A DNA stretch of 9,025 nucleotides from Azolla caroliniana (Eukaryota > Plantae > Polypodiophyta). Each line of letters begins with the position of its first letter. The first letter of the stretch is position 1. A program made the position numbers and the translations under genes. The notes below the pieces were generated by a model. The model searched no databases, was not told the origin of the DNA, and saw only the letters and a program-made list of their open reading frames with translations. Location: the NCBI GenBank assembly GCA_043228905.1, contig JBHGNT010001397.1:1-9025 (forward strand), in the 5' to 3' direction. Shown here in pieces: positions 1 through 8,188 of this stretch.

Positions 1-233
1 ACAGACACACCAAGCGCAAACAAGGACGGAGCACATATGATGGGGCTACGAGTGACGGATGAACTTGGAGCTAGATGTGACAAGGCTAGGAACTCTAGAT
101 GTTGTGAGCGACATGAGAGCATGAAGACAAAAATAGAGGTCAAGGAGACAAAGATGAGGCGAAGTGAGAATACTAGATTGATGTGTCAATGACTGGTGTT
201 GAATCCCTTGAAAGGGACCGAGGAGGTTACAAG

Positions 234-241
234 TATTTATA
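234..241 (-). promoter_or_regulatory. TATA box of the left LTR-like segment
   Basis: + strand tatttata = TATAAATA on minus, 36 bp downstream of the HSE array. Confidence 0.55.
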
Positions 242-277
242 CTGTGAGTTGAAGTACATGGATTATAATATTTTGGA

Positions 278-336
278 GAATATTCTAGAACCCTCTTGAA
301 CCTTCTAGTTCTAGAACTTTCTAAAAACTCCTAGAA
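278..336. promoter_or_regulatory. Heat shock element (nGAAn inverted-repeat) array, two 6-unit blocks
   Basis: 278-305: GAA ta TTC ta GAA cc cTC tt GAA cc TTC (5 of 6 perfect). 309-336: TTC ta GAA ct TTC ta aAA ac TcC ta GAA (4 of 6 perfect). Exact 5-bp alternating register of the HSF consensus nGAAnnTTCnnGAAn. Confidence 0.8.
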
Positions 337-429
337 TGTGAATAGATAATCTACGAAAATATACATAGCACAACCATGTACTTGAATGTGTGGTTACTAT
401 ATAACACTTGACTATAATACAAGAGGTCA

Positions 430-1116
430 AGAGTTTGAATCTTGACATAATTGTTGTCATGTCTCTTGTGGTAGTCCCCTTCTTCCATCCGAGTTCGAAT
501 AGGGCATGTGACCTTCTTGGGCATTGCTCCTTATTCGGACATGATTTTCTTCGACCAGTAGCATCGACTGGAGATCAAAGAAGGAAGGACGATTTCTCCT
601 TGTGAGGATGACGACCTTATTGCGTAGCCGAACCGTGGTGCTATGCCACTGAGGCATATTTGCACCATTTCATCGTCATCAATGTTGACATTGATTTACC
701 CGAGGGAGTCGCACAAATCCTTGATCTTCAAGGTGTAGCGGTCGATTGACATATCCCTCGGTTGGATATTGTTCAACTCTAACAAAGTTGAAGTTTTCAT
801 ACAGTTGTGTTGGCCACAAATATCTTTTTGAGGTTCCCCCACGCCTCCTTTGGCGTTTTGGCCTCTCGAATGTAGTCGAACATGTGATAATGAACACATG
901 ATGCAAGGTAATACAACACATGGCTTGACACTTGCTCCCATGCTGGGTAGTCGGCGTGTGTTGGGTTGACTTGCGTTTCTTGTGCTCCCTCGATATAACT
1001 CCAATAACCTTGGTTGACAAGGTATTGGTGCATCTTGTATTTCCAATATATGAAGTTGTTTTTGTCCGCTTTTCATTGGGGAGAGAGTTGTCAATCTGAG
1101 TGTTCATGGTGGTCAA
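430..1116 (-). pseudogene. gag: Ty1/copia gag (Retrotran_gag_2/UBN2-type), frameshifted and truncated
   Basis: Stitched minus frames read NTQIDNSLPNEK/DKNNFIYWKYKMHQYLVNQGYWSYIEG...EAKTPKEAWGNLKKIF...V*KLQL/ELNNIQPRDMSIDRYTLKIKDLCDSLG*INVNIDDDEMVQICLSGIAPRFG/...PSFFDLQSMLLVEENH. Frameshifts near 1068, 780 and 600-630, stops at 797-799 and 696-698. Lies just downstream of a PBS. No zinc knuckle or pol follows. The left end is approximate. Confidence 0.92.
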
Positions 1117-1241
1117 CTTGTGATTTTTTCTTCTTTGTGATACGAATTGTGCAGGGTTGTTGCTACAACGATAAGTCGGTTCTTCGTGAACATCAGCGTA
1201 AGCACAACACGCGCAGGCGGGCTTGGATCAAGTTACCAATC

Positions 1242-1253
1242 GCTTTGATACCA
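1242..1253 (-). mobile_element. Primer binding site complementary to the tRNA-iMet 3' end
   Basis: Minus strand TGGTATCAAAGC (canonical TGGTATCAGAGC, 1 mismatch) directly after the LTR end ...CTTTACA. Confidence 0.9.
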
Positions 1254-1550
1254 TGTAAAGAATTGGGTGTGATCTTGTGCAGCGGAAGAGATGTGTGTGT
1301 GTGAGAGAGAGAGAGAGAGAAATAAAACACAACGTATACAGAAAACAATAAAATTGTTACATTAACAATAGAATAAACAACCAACAACAACAAGTGGAGA
1401 AGGTGCTTATGTAGTCACCTTCTCTCTATGTTCTCTCACTACAACCACCTATTGGGAAGGAGGTGTAGACTTAACTACCTCGTAACTATGTGTCATAGGA
1501 CTTAACTTTATGACACGTTAGTTATGATACAAAGTGGTGGGATGTTCACA
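1254..1550 (-). mobile_element. 5' LTR of the copia element (outer end tentative)
   Basis: Ends in CA immediately before the PBS. TATA-like CTACATAAG on minus at 1406-1414, pyrimidine/GT-rich R-U5. The candidate start TGTGAACA at 1550 matches the other terminus TGTAAAGA at 6 of 8. The 3' LTR is not in the window. Confidence 0.65.
1292..1320. repeat. Compound (TG)n(AG)n microsatellite inside the LTR
   Basis: tgtgtgtgtgtg followed by agagagagagagagaga. Confidence 0.95.
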
Positions 1551-1898
1551 CATTTGGTTATTCCTAAGGTGTGTTCCCACCCTAGGGAAGTTGAGTTTGA
1601 TTCTCAAGATTCCTTTATAATTGTGATGGTGAAGATTCAAATTCTGCAATGGCAACAACCATTAGGTATTTTTTTGGTATGTACATATTCAAACTTTGTG
1701 ACTATCCCCTTTTCCCCTGTTTTCTACCTTTGAACATGCCACATTATGACTCTAGAACGCAAAATTTTATGTTCTAGTGTATTTTGGATCTTTTAGTTTG
1801 CTTCCCATGCGACTCTAGGAAGTTGAGTTGAGGAACTTTTTTCGAACCTTAAGCATGTATTTGACGACCCCTTTCCATGGCCATGATTTCAATTGGTT

Positions 1899-1913
1899 AG
1901 AGAGAGAGAGAGA
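1899..1913. repeat. (AG)7 microsatellite
   Basis: agagagagagagaga. Confidence 0.9.
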
Positions 1914-2063
1914 CTAGATGGATGTAGCTTCGTTGGTAATTTTGCTTGATGGAGACAATAAAGAAACAAGAAGGTCATATGTTCAACCACTGCATTCCAT
2001 AGTGGCATTTAGTAAATTAATAGAATATATATGTAGTAATTGAGACTACGATTAGTAGTCTAA

Positions 2064-2438
2064 TAGCTTGCCATTAGGGTAAGCTAATTACGAAAAGCCA
2101 GACAGAGTGAGTGATCCTCTAAGAGAAGCCAAGTTATTGGGTTTATATTTATTTAAAATTTGATTGCATTAGTTTTTGTTCCATTTCACACTTGTGGGGA
2201 CTCAAGAACTTTTTGAGTCTCTTCTTCATAGTGCATGCAAATGTAAATGTTAGCTTGCCATTAGGGTAAGCTAATTACGAAAAAGCCAGACAGAGTGAGT
2301 GATCCTCTAAGAGAAGCCAAGTTATTGGGTTTATATTTATTTAAAATTTGATTGCATTAGTTTTTGTTCCATTTCACACTTGTGGGGACTCAAGAACTTT
2401 TTGAGTCTCTTCTTCATAGTGCATGCAAATGTAAATGT
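2064..2438. repeat. Near-perfect 187/188-bp direct tandem duplication
   Basis: Copy 1 is 2064-2250 and copy 2 is 2251-2438, both tagcttgccattaggg...gcaaatgtaaatgt. The only difference I see is A4 vs A5 in cgaaaa(a)gcc. Confidence 0.97.
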
Positions 2439-3959
2439 TTGCAGATCGTGATTGCTTGACAAAATGTCTCTATTGCTTACGCCTTTGAGATTTACCAATG
2501 ATGAAGAATCGAGGGGGATGTTTATTTTTCAAAGCTTCTCCCGTCTTTTAACTTTTTTTCATGTTCAATTGTTTGTTTTTTCCAAAAGAACAACAAAAAT
2601 ATGCAACAATTGATAAAAAAATAGGACAATGTTGGCTCAAATCATATACTCGAAAAATCATAAAAGCTTCCAAAAATGAAAACTATTTCAAATTCTTCAA
2701 AGAAAAAGGCAAATTAGTTTAAACTACTTTTACCATCATTATTTGTGCCATGCCACCAAAAAACTGATGCAACCAATCTCGTTGAATAAAGTACCTCTAT
2801 GATGAGTAGCAATATAAGTTCCCAAGTAATTAGCTAGAGAGAGCATAAGAAAGATAGCTTTTTCTAATAAATGTACATAAGTACATAGAAGAAAACAAAC
2901 AAACATGACTCATATATTATTGTGACATGGGAAAAATAATAATATGATTCAACATAAAATGACAAATTATTGAGATGTTTATGCTTTTTCTTTTTGTTGG
3001 ATATGTGGTAGATTATAATCGCATTGAATTTGGGTGAAGGGGATTCAAATAGTGGGGATTTCTACTTGATCGTCATGATGATTGTTGGTTGATTATATAT
3101 GTCCATACTTACTAATAGCAATTGATTACAAGGATGATTAGGGTCATTAAAGCTTGATTGGGGCCTATTAGCATTCGAATGGTCCAAAGGTGAACAAGCA
3201 TTTCCTTTTGGCTCCATAATCATTATGCACGTCTTAATGCCATTGCTTTGGTGAGCTTCAAAATTTGGATGGTTTTTGTGAAACTTTCCCAAAAGGTAAA
3301 TTGGTATGTATGGTAGTTATTGTTAATCAAGACTCAAGTCTAAGGACAAACTTTTGTGGTAAACTTTCTTAGTATTGAACTACTAAAGTAATCATGCAAA
3401 TCTTGGAAGAAATGAAGAGGGGAGAGACTCGAGAGGTGCATTGTTCCCTCTTATTTCCTTTGTAGAAGAGATGACTCATTTTTGTACAAAAGGGAATCAA
3501 TGAGGTCGGAAAATATTTCAAAATCATCATATTGATATTAAGAAGGAAAATAGAAAATGGCCTATCCATCAATTGATGTGATATCCATACATGCAAGCAA
3601 AAATAAACATTTGTAGATATATGTACCCATAAATTTGTCGTAATCAGAGATGTGGAATGTTGAAGTATATTGCTCATATCCTTCTCCATAACTACACACA
3701 CAAAAGAAACCCATATGAGAACGTCTTTTGTCATATTCGAATGTCCATATGTAGCCCTTGAGAAGGTTACCACACAAAAGAATTGGGTTTATCTTTACGA
3801 AAATAAGTTAGGCCTCCTTATTGTGCAACTCTTTTATGATATTTCTTTGCTTTGACTTCCAATGCAACTCACATTCCTTTCAAAATTAACGAGGATTCAT
3901 ATTGCCTTATGGTCCATTTGTATATGTAGGGTATCAAATAATAATTCATAATATAATTT

Positions 3960-4410
3960 TCTTGACACCACAAAAAATAAAAGATCACGATGCGTACCAA
4001 ACTAATTATTGTGGAAATAGTGTAAGGGATCAACAAGATGGACCATATAAGATGCATGAACTAGATGGATGTGTGGATTGACAATTCTTAAAAAAGGTGG
4101 ATTTTTATGTGGGACAATGCTATGAGAGTTAGTGGTTAAGAATAACGAGAACGATAAGGCTTAAACACACGCAATACCATCTACTAAGATTTTTCCCCCC
4201 TTTCATTTCGATTTAGCTTTCTCGTTGAGTAGAGCAAAGACAGATAACAATGTTGACAAAAATGAGACACTCCATGAAAACATAAATATATGGCCTCTCG
4301 AGTTGGATTATGTAACCCTTTCCGCCACAAAGTTTTTTTTCTCTTGTTTAACCTTCCATTTTGGAAGTTTTATTAAACAAAACATAATATCCATAAACAG
4401 AAATGGCTTC
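3960..4410 (-). mobile_element. Possible heavily decayed LINE ORF2 C-terminus (zf-RVT-like)
   Basis: Scattered minus-strand motifs in the expected order: FCLWIL (~4402-4385), KLP (4370-4362), VFMEC (4281-4267), RIVIFYFLWCQ (~3994-3962). The CxxC and His are not preserved, so this is weak. Confidence 0.25.
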
Positions 4411-5211
4411 AACAAGTGTCAAGATGTTGAAAAACACACCTCATCGAATGTGTTATTCTCTAGAAACATTGAAGGCTCATGCTAAATGGTAATAATAACA
4501 ATGACAAAACACCTTTTGGTAGTTACTAATGATATATTACATTAAGAAAACAAAAGCATCACCCTGACTTAGAACCCCTAATGACCTATCTCTAGTATAT
4601 ATTGTGTTGATGAGCATGACTAAAAAGGTGTCAAGTTTCTTAGAAGTTTCCACCACAAAATATTTACTTGCCATTGAAGGAATTGGAAGTTACAAATGGC
4701 TACGGAAAATGTCAATGCTTTGGGCACAAAATGGTTTTTGTTTGGAGTAATCATATTGAACAAATATTTGTCTCTTCATTCATTACAGTAGCATGCATGA
4801 GGCATACTTTCAAAGTTGTTCAACCATTACGTGCGAATAGAACCTATAACTTATTTGAAAATTGGATGCAATAAAGACTATTTGGAATGGCGGATTCTCA
4901 CATTGTTTCGCAGTGAAATACACTCTACCTCCTATTTTTCCGCGAGCTAAAAACTCATGCGGCTCGACGTTCTTTTCATGCAAAACGATCGCTCTATGCC
5001 ATGTATATGTTGCGAGGGCAATAATCTTTTCTTAACCATACCTAGAGAATGTGCATCGAGAGTTTGGTTGCTCTATCTAGGTAACGCCCGAATTCGGAAA
5101 GCCGGGTGTTTATACAATGTTGGGTGAATGGTTTGATGGGTTAAAAAAAAGGGGTGCATTATGGCAATAGTAGCATGCCAGAGCGTAAAAATCAGATCAA
5201 GCCGCTGAAAT

Positions 5212-5252
5212 CCTGAGCCGAGAGCCTGAGCCTAAACCGAGAGCCTGAGCCT
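5212..5252 (+). repeat. Short direct repeat just upstream of J20
   Basis: ccgagagcctgagcct at 5218-5233 and 5237-5252. The core cctgagcc occurs three times (5212, 5225, 5244). Confidence 0.85.
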
Positions 5253-5348
5253 CAATAGGAGGTCTTCCTTTTGTTTTCTCCAGAAGATGCTTTTTGACTC
5301 GGTGAGGTAAAGGTGAGTCAGAGTGAGTGAATTGAGTTCTAGCGAGGA

Positions 5349-5876
5349 ATGGCTTTAGCCTTTACATACATATTTAATACCAAAGTGATCCAAACAAAGA
5401 GCTCTCAACCTTCCCCCCCCTCCTCCTCTTCTTCTTCTTCTTCTTCTTCTCTGATGTCCTCCTCTCTCCCACACGCTATCCCCTTCTCCTCCTTCTCCTC
5501 CTCCTTTTCTTCTCCTTCTGATACGAAGCTCTTTCACTCTGCACATACCAACACCTCCCCTTGGAAGAAGACGAAGACGAAGACGAAGAAGGAGGACCAA
5601 TCCATGAGATTGGTGTGTGCTCGATCCTCCCCCTCCTCAACACTCTATGACCTGCTAGAGATCCCGCCCCATGTGGGTCTTTCTGATATAAAGCAAGCAT
5701 ACAGGCAGCTTGCTCTCAGATATCATCCAGATGTCTGCTCCTCTCATCTAACAGAGGAGTCCACCCGAAGGTTTATTGAAATACAAGAGGCTTATGAAAC
5801 CCTCTCTGACCCAAGAAGAAGAGCTATCTACGATCATGCCACGAGTATGGGCAGAGCCACAGGAAAGATATATAAG
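5349..5876 (+). CDS. J20: Chloroplast DnaJ20-like small J-domain co-chaperone, exon 1 (transit peptide + J domain)
   Basis: ATGGCT start and a Ser-rich, acid-poor N-terminus typical of plastid transit peptides. J domain LYDLL...IKQAYRQLALRYHPDV...RFIEIQEAYETLSDPRRRAIYD with HPD at 5724-5732. Phase-0 donor AAG|GTAC after 176 codons. Confidence 0.93.
5421..5450 (+). repeat. (TCC)2(TCT)8 coding microsatellite giving Ser10 in the transit peptide
   Basis: In frame with ATG 5349. (AAGACG)3 at 5568-5585 also encodes KTKTKT. Confidence 0.92.
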
Positions 5877-7061
5877 GTACCATTCCTTTACTTCTTTTCC
5901 TTCTCCTCCTATTGATCGGTTTTCTGTCAGACTCTAATGGTTAAGGTTTAGTTTCTGCTTATCCATGGTTAGCTTCTTCTAATAGAGGTTATATTTAGGT
6001 TTAGGTGGTTGGAGTCTAACCATGGTTTGCTACACATAAGAGATCAAAGGTTAATTCGGGTTCTTTCTTTAACCATGGTTAGCTACAAATAAGAGATCAA
6101 AGGTTAATGGGTTTCATTTAACCATGGTTGGCTAGATGTCGAGCTTGAAAATTACTTGGCTCCACATAGAGTTGGTGTTAATTGTGGGGTTAACCATGAT
6201 TAGCTCATAGAGCGTTATTATAAGTAATTGGTTTCACCATGGTTACTAGTTAGGTCATGTGCCATTCGAATGTTATCCACGGTTAGCGCATAGAGATTAC
6301 GGTTAAGTGGTTGGGTTTTACCATGCCAAGCACATAGATTGAAGGTTCAATGGTTGGGTTTTACTATGCCTAGGACATAGATGTTGAAGGTTCAGTCACT
6401 ATGGTTAGCACATGAGGTCAAGGTTAACCATGGTTAACTACACATAGAGTTTGAAGGTCAAAGTGGTTGAGTTAACCAGTGACAGTACATAGGTGTGAAG
6501 GTTACTTGGTTGGACTAACCATAGTTAGCTTATGATGCTATTCTAAATGTTAACCATGGTTTAGCACATAGAATTAGAGATAAGAGGTTTGGTTAACCAT
6601 GGGTAGCTACACATAGTGTCCGAAAGTGGGTTTAGGGTTATTTTGGGAAGCTAGTAAAAATTTAGGGAACATGGTGGTCAATTTTTATATGCTTAGGTAC
6701 GAGCAAGGCTATGTGTTCAAAGAACCGCGACCATATGAAAGCACTCTTATTTGGAGTGCAGATAAGGAGTCCGATCCTTTCGGGGTGCCTTACAACTTTT
6801 CGAATTAGAAATAAGGTGTCAAGCAAGCCAAGCCATGGGAGACTATTAAAACTTTGTAATCAAAATAATGTGTTGACATTTAGTTAAATGGGGTCGATCC
6901 AGTCCATCCTAGTATTGTATAGTTTCTTTCTCCTAATAGAAATAATGTGAGGAGGACTCTCCTTCTTAAAAAAAAAAAAGAGCTTACTTTGTAGAAAGAA
7001 TTGAGTGTCTGGGTCCCATCATAATTTTTGAATGGTTCCTTTATTCTCTTGTGTTACTCAG
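5877..7061 (+). other. GT-AG spliceosomal intron of J20, 1185 bp, phase 0
   Basis: GTAC donor followed by a pyrimidine-rich tract, and acceptor ttcctttattctcttgtgttactCAG. Splicing joins the J domain in frame to the conserved J20 tail. Confidence 0.9.
5960..6616. repeat. Degenerate intronic minisatellite, about 15 units with palindromic core TAACCATGGTTA
   Basis: CCATGG-like centres start at 5963, 6020, 6073, 6122, 6194, 6237, 6277, 6321, 6364, 6399, 6428, 6476, 6519, 6554 and 6597. Rough consensus GGTTGGGTTAACCATGGTTAGC(TAC)ACATAGAG..GAAGGTTAA. Confidence 0.88.
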
Positions 7062-7199
7062 GAGGCACAGCCTTCCGATTGGAGGTCACATTGGGAGATC
7101 CAACTCTCTGAGCTTAAGCTTCGGAGCTTCATGAAGGAACGGAGAAATGACTCGTGGGCCTCACGTATGCGCCAAAAAAATGCATGTCAGGAGAGCTGA
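7062..7199 (+). CDS. J20: Chloroplast DnaJ20-like co-chaperone, exon 2 (absent from the ORF track)
   Basis: EAQPSDWRSHWEIQLSELKLRSFMKERRNDSWASRMRQKNACQES*. This matches the J20-family tail WxxxWxxQLxxLxxRS...SWAxRMR. TGA at 7197-7199. Confidence 0.92.
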   Translation, partial: EAQPSDWRSHWEIQLSELKLRSFMKERRNDSWASRMRQKNACQES

Positions 7200-7888
7200 A
7201 GTGAGCTTCCGTATACTGGAAAGGTTGTCTTTTGTTCGCGAAAGGCATACGATTATTACGATCATAATAATCGTAGGTGATAACTCAAACATTGCGAACT
7301 TCTATGTGAAACCTTCAGTTTTATCAAGCCATTCCCCATGTAAATCTATCTCATCTATTCTAGTACGTATATCCTCTAGACGTAGAATATGTTCTCCATC
7401 CTCCAAAAGCAAGACCTTTCGTGGTTGGATGCTAATGTCCACCATGCTTTAGCTCTTCTCATGTAAAGATAAGATATGGATGGGGATATATGTATATACT
7501 AAAAGGTAAATTATGTATTCACTCATAGCTTTGAGTTTTCTTCTTTTGCCTTTACATCCTCCGTATGTTCAAATGTTAATAGCTTAAGCCAGCCTATTTA
7601 AAAGGCTCCCATATTTCCACAAAAATTATGAGCTTTGATATTTAATAGGTCTTTGTAGATGAGGAACTCAAAATAAGGCTTCGCTCGATTTTTTTCCAAA
7701 GCCAAATCCCTTTCCGCAATTGTTAAGCTATGCATCGGTTGAAATGCTCTTTTGCTTTTCTTCAAAAATTGTGAATTGATATATACTTCTGGTGGATGAC
7801 ACATTAGAAAATTGCTAGCCAACCTTCTCAAGGGAAAACTTGGGTGTAAGTTTAGTTGATGAAAAGAGACCTTCCAACTAATGAGTGA

Positions 7889-8087
7889 GATAGATGTGAA
7901 CCTTGTGCATAAGTTCTCTTTACGAAAGTTGTTTCAAAGTCAACATCTTAACTAGTGACTGATAGATGTGAACCTTGTGCAGAAGTTCTCTTTATGAATG
8001 TCGTTTCAAAGTCAACATCTTAACTAGTGACTGATAGATGTGAACCTTGTGCTTAAGTTCTCTTTACTAATGCCGTTTCAAAGTCAA
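7889..8087. repeat. 72-bp tandem repeat, about 2.8 copies
   Basis: Units start at 7889, 7961 and 8033 (gatagatgtgaaccttgtgc...tttcaaagtcaacatcttaactagtgact) with a few substitutions. Confidence 0.96.
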
Positions 8088-8110
8088 TGCCTTGTTTCAT
8101 GTAGGTGACC

Positions 8111-8188
8111 AAATATTGATTCACAACATTATTATAGCGGCATTATGAAATATCGATTTGCAACATTATAATAGAAGCATTATGAAAT
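8111..8188. repeat. 37-bp diverged tandem repeat, 2 copies
   Basis: aaatattgattcacaacattattatagcggcattatg / aaatatcgatttgcaacattataatagaagcattatg + aaat. Confidence 0.85.

Larger units (their letters stand above)
1..406 (-). mobile_element. Partial LTR-like segment (probable 5' or solo LTR of a second retrotransposon), running off the left edge
   Basis: The minus strand begins TGTTATATAG at 406 (TG start typical of LTRs), close to where copia gag similarity is lost. It is followed on that strand by an HSE array (336-278) and TATAAATA (241-234). No visible similarity to the LTR at 1254+, and no polypurine tract precedes it. The other end, PBS and TSD are not in the window, so the boundary is inferred. 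Confidence 0.55.

Noticed and set aside
408-1393. Multiple short ORFs as independent genes
   Set aside because: They are frameshifted pieces of one gag, or antisense/LTR read-through.
1918-2488. Possible small spliced gene (ATG 1918 after the AG repeat, GT 2012, tttgcAG 2444: MDVASLVILLDGDNKETRRSYVQPLHSIVAFNRDCLTKCLYCLRL*)
   Set aside because: Weak donor, only about 45 aa and no recognisable homology. Cannot be supported without RNA data.
5090-5340. Heat shock elements in the J20 proximal promoter (gaattcggaa, ttctccagaa)
   Set aside because: The spacing does not fit the nGAAnnTTCn register.
5355-5700. Minus-strand Arg/Gly-rich ORFs (81 aa, 74 aa)
   Set aside because: Antisense shadows of the TCT/TCC-rich J20 transit peptide
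5960-6616. CRISPR array interpretation of the palindromic repeats
   Set aside because: It lies in a spliceosomal intron of a plant gene. The repeats are short and degenerate, the linkers are related to each other and vary widely in length, and there are no cas genes.
6628-6639. Telomere-like gggtttagggtt / telo-box
   Set aside because: Under two repeat units, not a full AAACCCTAA match, and in GGTT-rich context
6741-6797. Hairpin (gcactc/gagtgc)-AGATAA-hairpin-ACA, resembling an intronic H/ACA snoRNA
   Set aside because: The hairpins are far shorter than H/ACA hairpins, with no pseudouridylation pocket. Likely chance.
7185-7199. C-terminal CQES as a CaaX prenylation motif like cytosolic DnaJ CAQQ
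   Set aside because: The acidic a2 residue is unfavourable and the protein appears plastid-targeted.
7147-7452. 101-aa + strand ORF
   Set aside because: Overlaps J20 exon 2 out of frame and runs through the presumed 3' UTR, with no recognisable motif
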